From Lytechinus pictus (taxonomy: Eukaryota): a DNA stretch of 64,000 nucleotides. The notes beneath the pieces were generated by a model, which did not search any database, had not been told where the DNA came from, and worked only from the letters and a program-made list of their open reading frames with translations. Positions 39,901 through 52,788 of the stretch are shown one piece after another. Location of the stretch: NCBI RefSeq assembly GCF_037042905.1, contig NC_087263.1, positions 14,944,001 to 15,008,000 of the forward strand, given 5' to 3'. The position numbers and the translations under genes were made by a program. The stretch's first letter is position 1. Each line of letters begins with the position of its first letter.

Positions 39901-40141
39901 CACTGTAAAAACTGTGGTGTTAAAACTGACACCAGTTGGTGTTAATAGAGGACCACACCCTGAGGTGTTAAAATTACACCCTAGAGATTGAAAATTACAC
40001 CAAAGAGTGTAAATGTAACAACCAAAGGTGTTGTAATTACACCTTTAGGTGTTATAAAACTAACACTGTCAATTTAACACCGGTGTAAAATAACTGGTGT
40101 GGTCCTCTATGTACACCCGTTAAACACCAGTTTTTGCTGTG
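39901..40141. mobile_element. CACTA/EnSpm-like MITE
   Basis: TA|CACTGTAAAAACTG...CAGTTTTTGCTGTG|TA with internal ggtgtta/taacacc repeats. Confidence 0.75.
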
Positions 40142-42341
40142 TATGGATGAAAAGTATGGTGTAAATAGTAAATTGAAGTAAAGGTAATGGTCAGGAAAAT
40201 GTTTTTCATTCCCACAATTTCAAAATCCTAGCTCGTTTTACCAATATCGTTATCATATATTCTATTTCTAGAGAGAAAAGATTGCAGAAAGGTTAAACGA
40301 TATGACCTCATTTCTTTTTAAATCAATATTCCCATGTTTACCTGATGAAGAAGCAATGTCTTACGCTACAGCCTGCACTAGGATTCGAGTAGCTTAGGGT
40401 GTTGAGAATATGTGAATTTAGATTGATTGCTCGAGGTTTAATATTTGCACTGGACAAGTATGGTCAATGTCCTGAACAAGCTTTAGAACTTCGCACTGGT
40501 CCAACCAGATATACGTATGACTTCTAATTTAGTCCAGTGGCTTGGATAATGCAAACAGTATTATGGGATGTTGTATTGATTGGTAAAGAAGGAGAGATTT
40601 GATTTTGGAGATTATCAAATATTGTTGGATTATACTGCAGGACTATCAATAAAGAGAGGGAGGAAGATAGAGAGAGAGGGAGGAAGATAGAGAGAGAGTG
40701 AGAGTGAGAGAATGAGAGACTCAGACAGATGAGGGGGAGAGGAGAAAAGAAAAAATGAAAAAAAGAATTGAAAGAGAGGAAAGAGAAAGACAAAAGAAAA
40801 AGATATATAGAGGACTGAAGAAGAGAGGAGGGGGAAAAACAAATGAAATAGCGAGAATTTATAAAAGGACACTGTCTGCTTTAAAAAGTCATCATTTCCC
40901 TACAGACTACCCCGACTGACACTGATCACCTGACGATTCTCGTAACATTCATCATTGCAACTCACGAGGGACTCGACAAATAAAACATTCAAAGATCATC
41001 GTAAGTCCTTAACATGAATTATATCACAATCCCAGGGCATTATAATGAAATATACACCAGTAAAGATGTGAACACTTTACTTTTGCACACTAGCAGATGG
41101 CATATCTTCCAGATAAGTTTTACATCGTATTACTGCATATTTTACATTGCAGCAATTATCCAGGGTATAGCTACCCAAGCTTTAAAACTGATAGTGTTTT
41201 TAATATCAAGAGAGTATAGCATGAATAGCACATTTATGAAAAATCAGAAATCTACTTTATGTTGCTACAAATAACTCATTTGATTAATTTTTATCATTCA
41301 AATATATTAAAAACATGAAGATATATTCAAGAAAACATAAAAAAGAAGAAACATTTAAAAATATACTTAATTAAAGATATATTTCTTAATACCGAAAAAA
41401 ATATAAGTAACTTACATTGTCATAAGCCGTATAGGGAACAGAGCAGGGCCGGTACTTTAGCCTTCTATCCCAGGAGTTTGAATGATAATAGTTCGGGTTC
41501 TTCTTGTAATATGTCATGTTGGCTGCGAATATTCCCACTTGACGACAAAATAATTCCGACGTTATATCCAACGGTGATATCAAGATCACAAAATTCAAGA
41601 AGCAGCAATTCTAAGAATATGAAATCCACCCTCATCGGAAGTTACAGATGCAGGAGATAGTTTTTGCTATTTGCAATGTTCCAGCTCCTTTGGGGGAAAT
41701 ATACTAATTATTCCACAGTAACACTTTTTTGAACTTGCTCTATCCAAATCCAGGCCGTGAAACCACAATATCCAAGAGATCTATTGGTCTTTGGGTCCTC
41801 AAAAGGCCTAAACTAGTTTAGACCTGAAAGTTTAATCCGAAAGGCTTCATCTGAAAATGTTGTTGTTGTCATCTGAAAGAGGACGGCAATCCATCACATA
41901 TTCCGATACTGAATAAATTAATCTACAAGCAGAGACACAGAGGTAGAATCGACCAGAAGCTATATCATAAAAGAATACATACATTTTCGATGATTTGCCA
42001 CCTGGTCAATTTCACCTCATCTTAAATGCTCACTCAGTTTTATCCGTTTGAAAAATAATTTAATCTACAATCACTGTTTGATCCCCATCATATAACCATT
42101 AAGTCTATAAATTGACTCTTAATTAGCCTATTAACCCTTGAAACTAATTGTAAGAAAAATACATCGACAAAGTGGTAATAAGGTTAACTGATCATTTTTT
42201 TTAATGTGACCATTGAATGCTCTTCAAGATTATGAGCCACAAGGTTTGGGATTCAAATCCCATGAATGCTAGCTCTGGTATCCTTTAGCAAGACATTTAT
42301 CTACATTTGCCACTCTCCACCCAGGTGTTATATGGACATCT

Positions 42342-42499
42342 GGGGAGTGTTTCATCAACATTTTCATCCGACGAGTTGTCAGATCTGACATCTTTCTCTG
42401 ATGTTGATTCGCTGAGAGGTACTGTTACTATGGTAACTGTCGGATAAAATGGGACTTGTCGGATGAAACGTCCGACAAGTCCTTTCATGAAACGCCCCC
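42342..42499. mobile_element. Harbinger-like MITE
   Basis: GGGGAGTGTTTCAT...ATGAAACGCCCCC termini with CWG-like flanks. A degenerate relative lies at ~26005-26135. Confidence 0.75.
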
Positions 42500-42629
42500 C
42501 AGGTAGGATGCTACCAAACATCATCGTAAAGTTTAGTAGTGAAATTAAGGACACTTGACTGCTCATTGCTTGAATGTTCCCCAGGGAGTGGAAATTGTGC
42601 ATACACTTTAAGGGGGCAAGGCAGATCAG

Positions 42630-42760
42630 GGGCCGTAACATAAAACTTAGCAATAATCGTAGAACAATATTCTACGATTGATTGCATTGACTACAATGTA
42701 CAATCAATCAGTTGAAAATCAGGCGTACGATCAATTGCTAACCTTTGTGTTACAGAACCC
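42630..42760. mobile_element. Harbinger-like palindromic MITE
   Basis: GGGCCGTAACATAAAACTTAGCAA...TTGCTAACCTTTGTGTTACAGAACCC. Confidence 0.65.
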
Positions 42761-43168
42761 TAATGACCAGGGTACGAATTTACTTGTAAAGCGCTTAGAG
42801 ATATTGTTGTAATGTTTTAAACATGAATACCAACCATGTGTACAATGTACTTCATCTAACACTGATACATCCCAGTCCTCATGACATTGCTCGTAAACGA
42901 TCGCTCAATCAATAAATAGTCACATGATGCTATCATCGGTTTGACACTGTGCAATCAGTTGCCATGGCGACACGGCTGGATCAACATCCAGGCATCCGAT
43001 ATTTTAGCACTTCGGCAATGCGGCGATAAAAATGAGAGATGGATTGAGATGACAGAGAGGGGGAACGGAAGGATGAAAGATGAAGAAGGGTCCTCTCGAA
43101 ACCGAAGCGAGGGGAAATGAAAGGTACTTTCATATCTTCTTTGGATAGTGGCTAATGATTAACATCTG

Positions 43169-43436
43169 GGGACTGTTTCAAAAATCATCTTGTCATTGAT
43201 TTAATGGGCAAATTTGCTCTGAGCCAATCAGTTGCAAGGATTTCAGTAGCTTATAACAGTTGTCAATGAAAATCACATTTGATTTATGAAATGGTCCCCT
43301 GGTGAGGAGTGTTTTACGAAGCAACTTGTCAGTGATTACTGAAAAATTTGTTCTGAGCCAATCGGATGCAAGTATTTCAGTAGCTTCTAACAGCTGTCAA
43401 TGAAAATCAGCCATTGTTTGTTTCATGAAATGCCCC
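43169..43436. mobile_element. Two adjacent head-to-tail Harbinger-like MITE copies (43169-43298 and ~43305-43436)
   Basis: Both contain ctgagccaatc...gcaag.atttcagtagctt.taacag.tgtcaatgaaaatca. The first is flanked by CTG/CTG. Confidence 0.8.
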
Positions 43437-44669
43437 CAGTAACAGTTTGAAAACAAACCATCTGGTTAGTAATAAGTCGTTAACTATATCTTACAAGAAA
43501 ATGAGTTAACGCCTTTCCAGCATTTTTACAATGTATTTCTTTCAGATTAAAAATGATTTTAACATGTATTAACACCATTGTTGCTCCAAAACAGGTGACA
43601 TTTGATCAAAATTGTGTGATAAGATCAATGAATAAGAAACAGCGGAGTGCATGCTGTTTTTCCAATCCTTTCCACCTCTATATTTGGACCAAAAGCAGAG
43701 TACTAATAAGATTTATACAGCAGTAAAAGGCTGTCAAGTAATGAGCTTCATGAACGTAAACCTAACACAGGCTGAATAACTTAAACCAATTTCATTATTC
43801 CACTTCATCCATGCCACACTTTTAAAACATGCTTTTCATCACCGTGGATAAAAGAGTCCAAATATGGATCCTGATATCCGATCTCCCATTTCCTCGTCGC
43901 TTTCCTCAATATTGATCAAAATCCGGACAGGCTACGTTCCATAGGCGTCAATCCCGGTAACGTCCAAAAGGTCACCCAGATAACCGATATGGACCGTATT
44001 CATGACTTTTTGCGGCGTAAACTCGCCGAGGGATTCGGCGGGAATTGTTCTAGTTTGGTATTAACCAGGGGCGATGCCGCTCCCCGAACCAGCTGCGCCA
44101 TTGTTGCCGCGATCTCGGGCAGCGATCGATCGATCGCGATTGCCGAGTTGACCCAAGGCGGGCGTCGACAGAGAAAAGGTCAGGAGGGATTCTCAACAAA
44201 ATGAGATTGTGACATTGTTTACGATCATGACTAAAGTTGACATTTCCTGGGAACATTGTTGTCCATGACTTGAGGCATATTTGAATCTCAAATGTCCTTG
44301 CTTCTCTCTAGCGAGAATATTACATTCTAATTGTATGCATACCAAGTGAGGGTTCCGAAGGAGTCACCTGTATTAAAGCAAAATAGACAGTCAGGAATAG
44401 TTGACATTTTCTAACCTTAAAAGATTTAGGGCCTTTTTACACGTGAATCTTGAATCATCATTGTAATGATGACTGCTATTGTAATCGTGACCATGATTAG
44501 CGTTCGTGATTCTAATCAAGTTCTAGTTTGGTTTCACACGTGCTAAATATTAGTCATTAATCTTATTTTTCACTGGAATCATCATTCAAATTACAATTTT
44601 TTTTACCGTGTGAAAGGGCGGTTAGTCTCAAGAAGATATGAAAACTCTTCTGAAATACTACTGTCTTTT

Positions 44670-45098
44670 GAGGATTGGAAAGGCTAAGAATAGAACTACT
44701 GGTATTTATACTAAAGAGATTTTCAAATTCGTCATTCTTTTTCCTGAAAAGGAAAATAAAATTCAAGTGAACCTACGGATTGTCAAAATGTACATTGTTA
44801 TTTCAGATGCAAAGTTATTCCGACATACTTCGTAAAATCTATTATCAAAGATTCAAACCTATTCTTGTCCCATAGGTATGACTCCTACAACAAGAATAGG
44901 TTTGAATCTTCAAGAATAGATTGTCCGAAGTCCGTCGGATTAACTTCTGCATCTTGAATAAAAATGTACCTTTTGACAATCGTTAGGTTCACTTAAATTA
45001 TCTTTATATTCTTTTCAGGAAAAAGAATGACGAAGTTAAGAAAACAACAATAAGAAAATCTCTAAACAAATGGTATATAAACCAGTAATTCTTCCAAT
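44670..45098. repeat. Long imperfect palindrome centred near 44880
   Basis: aagattcaaacctattcttgt / acaagaataggtttgaatctt at the core and ttcgtcattcttttt.cctgaaaag / cttttcaggaaaaagaatgacgaa further out. Confidence 0.85.
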
Positions 45099-45312
45099 CA
45101 TCCCCAGCCCCCCCCCCTTCCCCTCTCTGTTACGAGGCAATAAATCCATCTGATGAGCTAAATAGTGTTTTAAAAAAAAGTTAAAAAAACAACAATAAGA
45201 AAATCTCTAAACAAATGGTATATAAACCAGTAATTCTTCCAATCATCCCCAGCCCCCCCCCCTTTCCCTCTCTGTTACGAGGCAATAAATCCATCTGATG
45301 AGCTAAATAGTG
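45041..45312. repeat. Near-identical ~125-bp tandem duplication
   Basis: aaaacaacaataagaaaatctctaaac...gatgagctaaatagtg occurs at ~45041-45166 and ~45186-45312. Confidence 0.95.
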
Positions 45313-45749
45313 ACGTAAGCAATCAATCTTTAACCGTTTAACATCTTTTGAAGACTAAGTTCATGAAAACCTGTTGAACTTTCGACTGAAGCGAGGTGAC
45401 AAAAGACCCCACAGCAGATGAAATTTTCTGGCATCAGAGTTTGACTACGGAGGACATTGGATGGAACTGTGGTTAATTGAGGTCTGCCAGGCATAGCGAC
45501 TTGTTTTGATTCGAGTCTAGTAACCTAATTTCAGACATTATGAAGTAGGGCAAGACGGAACTTGGTGGGAATAATGAACTAGGTGTCTAGGTCCTTGTCA
45601 TTACTGAGAGATAGTCCTAGAGATGACAAGAGAAAATGAAGAATAGGAAGCAAGAAGGGACAGAATGACAAAAAAAGAAAAGAAAGAAATAGAAAAAGAG
45701 TACAAGGAGAAAGGAGAAGTGAAGGTTATAGGATTTTTAGATACCTTAA

Positions 45750-46144
45750 AGCTAAATTACAGTAGTTGCAGTAAAACACTAATTTCGTGAGAAAGCCTGT
45801 AAAACCAAGGTTAAGTATGACTATATCATCGTGGATCTAGATCTGGTACAGTTACATAAACTGAACTTTGTGAAATCATAAAATCTAAGCTGAAATACGA
45901 TCACACTGAAGATCGCCAACACAGATAGGCACACGTGGGACAGTGTATTATTATTGCTGGAATAAAGACCCGACGGAAGTGACCGAATCCGCGCTTATTT
46001 TGCTTATTTCTCAGCAATTACACAATTTCTTCCAGAATCCTTTGGCACATATTTTTTATTCATACAAACAGACACTTGGGTGGTCATTATATTAGATTCT
46101 GTAAAAAGTCATTTTGAGATCATTACCAGAACTGGAATTTACCT
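45750..46144. mobile_element. Kolobok-like MITE (second family)
   Basis: TTAA|AGCTAAATTACAGT...ACTGGAATTTACCT|TTAA. Confidence 0.75.
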
Positions 46145-46290
46145 TTAAAACACACAAGACTGAAAAGCAAGGGGGGGGGGGAGGCAAAGAAGCAGGACAA
46201 TGGAAAGGAAAGAAGGGAATAATGATACGAATAATAACAAGAATTAAAAGAAGACAAAGAAAGTTACTAGGAAAAAGGGAGATGAAGCAG

Positions 46291-46516
46291 AAAGAAGAAG
46301 AAGAAGAAGAAGATGAAGAAGTTGAAGAAGAAGATGAAGAAGAAGAAGAAGATGAAGAAGAAGATGGAGAAGAAGAAGATGAAGAAGATGAAGAGGAAGA
46401 AGAAGAAAAAGAAGAAGAGGAAGAATAAGAAAAAGAGGAAGGAGAAGGAGGAGAAGATGGAGAAGAAGAAGATGAAGAAGAAGAAGGAGAAGAAGAAGAA
46501 GAAGAAGAAGAAGAAG
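46291..46516. repeat. (GAA/GAT/GAG)n microsatellite
   Basis: Direct reading. Confidence 0.98.
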
Positions 46517-49500
46517 GACAATGACAATGAGAGGAAAAATGAACAAAAAAAGGAATTAGAGAAAGAAAAAGGAGAAAAGGACGATCATGAGGAGATAAAT
46601 TAAAAGGAGAAAAAGACATCAATGACATAGAAAAAAGAAGAGCAAAATGAAGAGAAGAGGAAAAGGAGAAGATAACAAATGTGACAAAAGAAAAAAGACA
46701 CGGGATGAACATGAGAAAGGAGAAGAGGACAAGAAAAAAAGAGAAAGAAGGCTAACAACCAAAAGGGGAGGAAAATGATCTTCTTAGCAGTTCTACATAT
46801 AGCTTTTTCTTTCTAATTATAACATGCTCCATCAATTCATGCTCTATATTACATAAGTGCTTTTCAACACAAGATACATGTACTACATGCATCAGTCATC
46901 ATTTTACAATCATTATTTATTCTATTCGTTCAAAATGCACTTTACTGCTTGCATTATACAATCTCAAAAGCAAGGAACACTCTCTCATTCTGTCCCCAAT
47001 GGCCGAATTGATAACGAACCAATTCTCCAAACTTTGCACTTCTTTTTTGTGAGATCCACTTAAATCAAAATCGATACTTGAAGTAGAGGTGATAGGAAAC
47101 ACGGTTTCCTCTCCCCTTTTTCCAATTCACCGGAGCTTTACCCCCGAAAGTAACCAGCCACACGAGGGAGCCTTTCTCCTAGGGAATGGGTATAAAGTAT
47201 TAAACCCTCACACCTCCACGCGGCTGAATCTTCGCCGTTCCCCAGCGACGCATTTTCGCAAAACACTCTTGGTAGGAATTTCATGCTTGGGTTCGGAGCG
47301 GAAACTCGGACGGGTCTAATTGCATTCCATTTCCAAAGCTGCATTTCTCAGGTTTGCCCCATGGAATGAATAAAATACCATTTTCCTACTGCTCAGAAGC
47401 CCATCCCCCGTTTGAAGGTCACCATAGACGAATTATAATTCCTTTTATACCTATGGAACATGGTTGAACAAGTGTCTTGGAAAAAAAAAGTTGTTCTTTT
47501 TTAAAAATAAATTTTATTTCTTAAAGCAAGCCAGAATGTTTTATAAAGTTGCTCGAAAGGTTCAAGATCTTTAACTTAAGAAAAAAATTGATGTATGGAA
47601 AGCTACTTGAGTTGAGATATATGGAAAGCTACTGGAGAGTTGTAGAAACATTATCATGAAAATAAAGACATTTGCAAAGCTAGGGTTATATTATCCAAGT
47701 CCCTGTGGTGTAGCATATAGAAATGTTCAATGGTATGTAATATGTCCTATACAAGAACTAATTATCACTATTATTATTATAACACCATATCATTGTCATA
47801 GAGGACATTACCAGTTTGATATCTCCATACATTTAAGATTCCATAATTTTAAGTTTTCTACAACTTTTCCATTTCACTTAATGCCTCATTGATACTGTTC
47901 TTGACATCTTTTGTTTCCTCATAAACGCATTAATCTGGTTAGATCAATCCCCCGCTAAGTTGCATTCATCTCGTAACCTCTCTCCTCGTTTCTTCAGTTA
48001 CCATGGTGACGTCAATACCGTAGATCTTTTAATCAAAGGCAGCTATCGATTCAACCGGTGATATCGGTACAGGATTAGAAACCAACAGGGATTATTTTCA
48101 CTTACAGCAAGTGTTCCCGTCTCTGACCTCCTTTCCAATTAGATCTTGCACTATTATTTAACCCTTAGGCATCGTGGTTGATTCCTGCATTTACACTATA
48201 GTCACATCATCAAAACCAATTCTAAACCAATTGATAATAAGTCATTGGATATGACGCGATACCTTTGATTGTTCTGCGTCGGAATTGTTGATGTAACTGA
48301 AGCATTACTCCAATGTAGTAAAGTACTTATGAGTTTAGAATAGAAATTTCAATTAAGGGGGAAATTTTCATGGGGCTCTATATTATTCTGATTCATCTTC
48401 ATTACAAATTATACTGCAAATTTAAAATCAATACTTACTTATGAGGGCTCTTTTACAACTTACATAAAGGCAATTTTTTCACATTCGTGGGGACAGTTCA
48501 CTTTTACTATTTTTGAGATGTTTACGTATAGAAATTAATTATGGAAATTGCAACTATGGCATATGTAGAAAATAAGTGATTTATAAAAAAAAAAATATTG
48601 TAATCAAATAAACTCCCAACACTAAACATTTCTTAATGCATGATATGCATCAACATAAGTGGACTACCCCTAGTTTAGTTAAGGTCTGCATTAATCTGCT
48701 CAAATAGGAAGAATAATCAGTAAAACAGCATGAGCGCGAGCAAAAATCAACCACTCTTATTTGAAGGCCAAGGACTAATATATTTCACCTTGTTGCATTT
48801 AAACTTGCCTGAATCTAGTGATTAATTATGCAGTCAATGTAAAGGAGTAAAGGACTAGCCTCGAAGGTTCGTTATTGGTTTAACCTTAACATTGGGGTAC
48901 TGCTCCGTGCTCTTCACATATCCTCCCTTCCTCGAAATCAACTCATGAATGATGACCACTTGTGACATGAAGTGCGCAATTTGAGGGGCGCAACTGAACA
49001 TGAAAGGGGGGCGGTTTTATCCTATAGATCACGTTTCACTCCAAGTCGTGTTCTATTCAGCATCGCAGCGTACCTAATTCCCTTTCCTTTCGCCTAACTG
49101 GAGAAACTGATGAACTAAAGTCCGATATAGGATGAGATGCCCGACCGTAGTCGCCTCCCCTATTTCGTGATCTCGTTTGGGTATGGTCGGGTGGGTGTCA
49201 AATAAGATGGGGTAAAGGATGATACCATCTCGATTGTTCAAACGGATATGAGTAATATTTTTGGGGAAAGGCAAAATAAACAGTGCAAGTTCTGGGTAGT
49301 GTGTAGTATAATTAAAGAAAAAGCTAAGGCTTATAGACAAATGCATGCATAGTTTCTCAGGATTTAGTTAGCATAGTGTAACCAACTTTTGGTAGTAACT
49401 GCATAATACCTATCTTTTAACTAGACAAGTTTCAGCAAAAAATATACCACTTACATTGTCATTTTAAATACAACAATGTCATTGTTCTCAGCGGATAATG

Positions 49501-52500
49501 TAAAACAATTAACAATGAATCTGGTTAGCTTTGTAAATTGCTCTTTGTTGAAACATGGAATACACCAACAATCCTGATAAAAATAACAGTAAATTTTTCA
49601 ATATTTCACATAACAATTAAATATAATTAAGTGGAGTTTTAATGTTAAAATCTGAATTGCAGACATATTTCCAAAGAGGGATAATGGAGGGTCGCAAAAT
49701 AAAGATTTGTTACATGACTAAGGCTAAGCCAAGGTCAGTGTAGGTTTAGCATACACAAAATGTCTGTCTGAAATTTGATTAGAAATTATGATGGGTTAAA
49801 CAGCATGGCGACAACCATAAATCAAACATGGTATGGGGCTATGAGGTACATTACAAGGGAATGGAATAGTTATACTATGTAATACTTTATGAGAGGGCAA
49901 GAAATGAATTATGGCTATGTTGTCTGTTGTATTGGGGGCATCAATCATGTTGTGGAAGAGAAATGGAAGGTAGGGTAAAGAAGGTAAGAAAGAAAAAGAA
50001 GAGATGGAGATTAATTTGAGAGTGAAGTAAAGATTGATGGAATGAAGGATAGAAGGTAAAATATTGAGAGTGAGAGAGAACGATAAACGGAGACAGCATG
50101 TGACAAGATAAGGAAAGAGAGAGAGAGATACATAATTTTTTTTTAAGGATAGAGAAATGGAAGGGGGGCAGAAAGAGACATGATAAAACAAAGGCAACAT
50201 GAAAAGAAAAACAGGAAAGAGATAGCAGAATGATAGTCAAAACGGCGCAAAGTGAGAAAAAGATGAATATGAAATTAAATCTGCCCCAAGAGAAAGACAG
50301 GATTAGTAAACAAAAAAAAACCTGTAGGGATGAGATAGAGTAAAGTGATGAAAAATTAAAAGTGGAATGAAGGGAAGGAGGGGAGACAAAGAGAGGAAAG
50401 AGGGTGAGAGAGGAGTAAAGATAGAATGAGGGAGAAAAAAAAAGAGCAAGTAATTTGTGAAGAAAGTTAATAGCAGAAAGATGGAGTACCATCATATTCA
50501 AATATACATATTTCAAAGAATGGTCTTGGGCGAATCCAAAAGAGAAATATATCCAAGCACCGCAATGTCATTATCAAGCTGACTGCCACAATTCCACGGC
50601 CGAATGATTCCATGAATGAATTAATATCTTTAATAGGAAAAATAAAAAAGAAACCACAAGCAAGGGTTCCTGGATGAGGCAAGAACCTGCAGACATTTTC
50701 ATCACATTTCCAAGCTCCTAAGAAGCAAAATTACTTATTCAACAAAGTGCATAGGCTCTTTCATGTCTTCAGTTAACAGGACCCTTATAACTCCTGATAA
50801 CTCGCCTCATAACTACAAATTAAAAAAAAAAAAAAAAAAACTTAGAAACGTAAGTTGACCTTCTTTAATTTGAATATTCGTCCCCGATGAAGGAATTTTT
50901 CTCAGACCAGATTATGCAAAGCATACGTTATATGCCTCTTCTAAGTTGAATTTCTCTGAAGTCAAACAGATTTCTGTTGTCTCAAAAGATTTGACTAAGG
51001 CAAAAGTTACCTGCAACGTTCAATTTCAACAATAATTCCAGCAGAAGTCCAAAACAATATATTTTTTGATGAGAAATGGGGGGGGGGGGGCATTTAACCC
51101 ATCAACCACCGTTCCTGTAATTATATACCGATAGGCATTGTATAAGGACCAGCTGGCACCACTGGGTAACAGGTTACAAACAGGTGCAATTGGTCGACAA
51201 AATCTACAGATACATCTTCTTTAGATATGAACGCAGGAATTCTAACAAAATGATATCAGAAATAAATCAAAATTATGTGAGTTAAAGACAAAAAAGATTT
51301 TCCTAGCAAGCATTCTCCAACAAGGATAAAAGTGGTTTTATTTCTAGACAAACTATGGGGGAAGTTTAGATGCTTAAGTATTTGTTGTTGTGAATGGGGG
51401 CTTATTTTGAGATTCTCAAACAAGTGAAAAAAACATATATTCTACAATATTTCTGAAGGACATTTTTAAAATGATATCTTTAGTTTGATATCAATAGGCT
51501 TTTTTAATCAACAAAAATACCTTTCCCCTTTCATCAATACTTCAGATATAAAATACACATTTTTTTTTCTATAATACAAAGCAAAATAATTGAAGTTATC
51601 ACCAAAAAGCATCAAGATGCACAAGTAACAAATAATTCACACCAACATGAATGAAAAAAGGGGCAATTATTCAAACTAAAGAGGAGGTTGCAATTGAAAA
51701 GCATTTCCGATTGAAGAAAATAGGACACCACTCACAAATATTGCCAATATTGCTAACTACTCGCCATAAAAGGATCATGAATACTCCTCACTTGACTTTG
51801 AGGGCCGACCCCTTTTCAATCCTCTTTCATTCATATGGAGTACAGCTTCCCCGCCCAGTACATTAGAATTAGTGAGTTTGGCAACAGCAGGAAGTTTGTT
51901 CCATCAAAAACGCAGTAACTAAAATGGCCTTTGCTTGTGTACATTAAAGAGAAATACATGCATGTAGGGTGCCGAGAAATAAAAGGTACCGATAATTTTT
52001 TCTTTATATCCCTGCCACATTTGGGTTTACACGTTGGCTTTCGCAATCAGGACTGTTATTTTTCTGCAGGAATGGGGGTAGGAAAAGAAAGGGTGCCAAG
52101 TATGATAACTGCTAATATCCATGTCTTTGACACCGTTCTCACTACTGTCCTAAAACTACATGTAGTTAACTGGAAACTAGTTTAACGTGTAATGAGAACA
52201 GTCGAACCGTTCTTGGAAGCGATCCTCCAAACCAGTTCAGGAAAACCATCTCGCGATGTAGTTTTGAAACTCTATTCTCAAGTACTTCATCCAATTTTCA
52301 CTTTTATCAAAATTACAGAAGACATCATCCTCTCAGCATTTGGAAAGGGCCCCATTTTAGGTTGCGCAAATTGGACCTCATCCATCCATGTCTTCCTGAA
52401 TGATAGACCATAGTCGAGGAGAACAAACATTGGCTACTTACTCCCGGCGAGGAGCGAACGGAAGCGAACCCCCGTGTGATTACAGAGCAAATCAAACTGT

Positions 52501-52678
52501 CTCTGCACAGCGATGGCAACGTGCTCGCCAACTCATCTCTTGTTGAAATTGTAATTTGGAGTTGTCAGAAAAGGCTAAAGACTGCTTTCAACTCATCAAT
52601 CTTTTCTGTAAATATTCCCCTCCCCCTTCCAATCAAACCATGATTATCGAAAATGTCACTTTTTTATGTTGCTACTTT

Positions 52679-52788
52679 GGCCCGTATTCTGAAGTCGGGG
52701 TTAACTTAAACTCAGGTTTAAAGTTGTGGTTTAAGTATGGATAGCAAATTGTTACATAAATCACTAACGGTAGAGATATCATATTTCA
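52679..52788. mobile_element. Truncated copy of the 63139-63450 MITE
   Basis: ggcccgtattctgaagtcgg...aaactcaggtttaaagttgtggtttaagtatggatagc, followed abruptly by a tRNA/SINE-like fragment (tcggtagagc...ccgggtt). Confidence 0.7.

Larger units (their letters stand above)
42230..42815 (+). mobile_element. Degenerate SINE of the same family, interrupted by two MITEs
   Basis: ttcaaatccc, ccactctccacccaggtg, ccccagggagtgga and gtaaagcgcttagag are colinear with 20143-20508 once 42342-42499 and 42630-42760 are removed. Confidence 0.75.

Noticed and set aside
40336..40365. Second AG|GT recursive-like site (cttcttcatcag|gtaaac)
   Set aside because: Short pyrimidine tract, another AG ~20 nt upstream and a weaker donor, so it is consistent with chance.
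49068..49346. Exon ending at AG|gtacgc
   Set aside because: The phase-0 frame ends in TAG at the donor, and the other open frame lacks a start or convincing acceptor.
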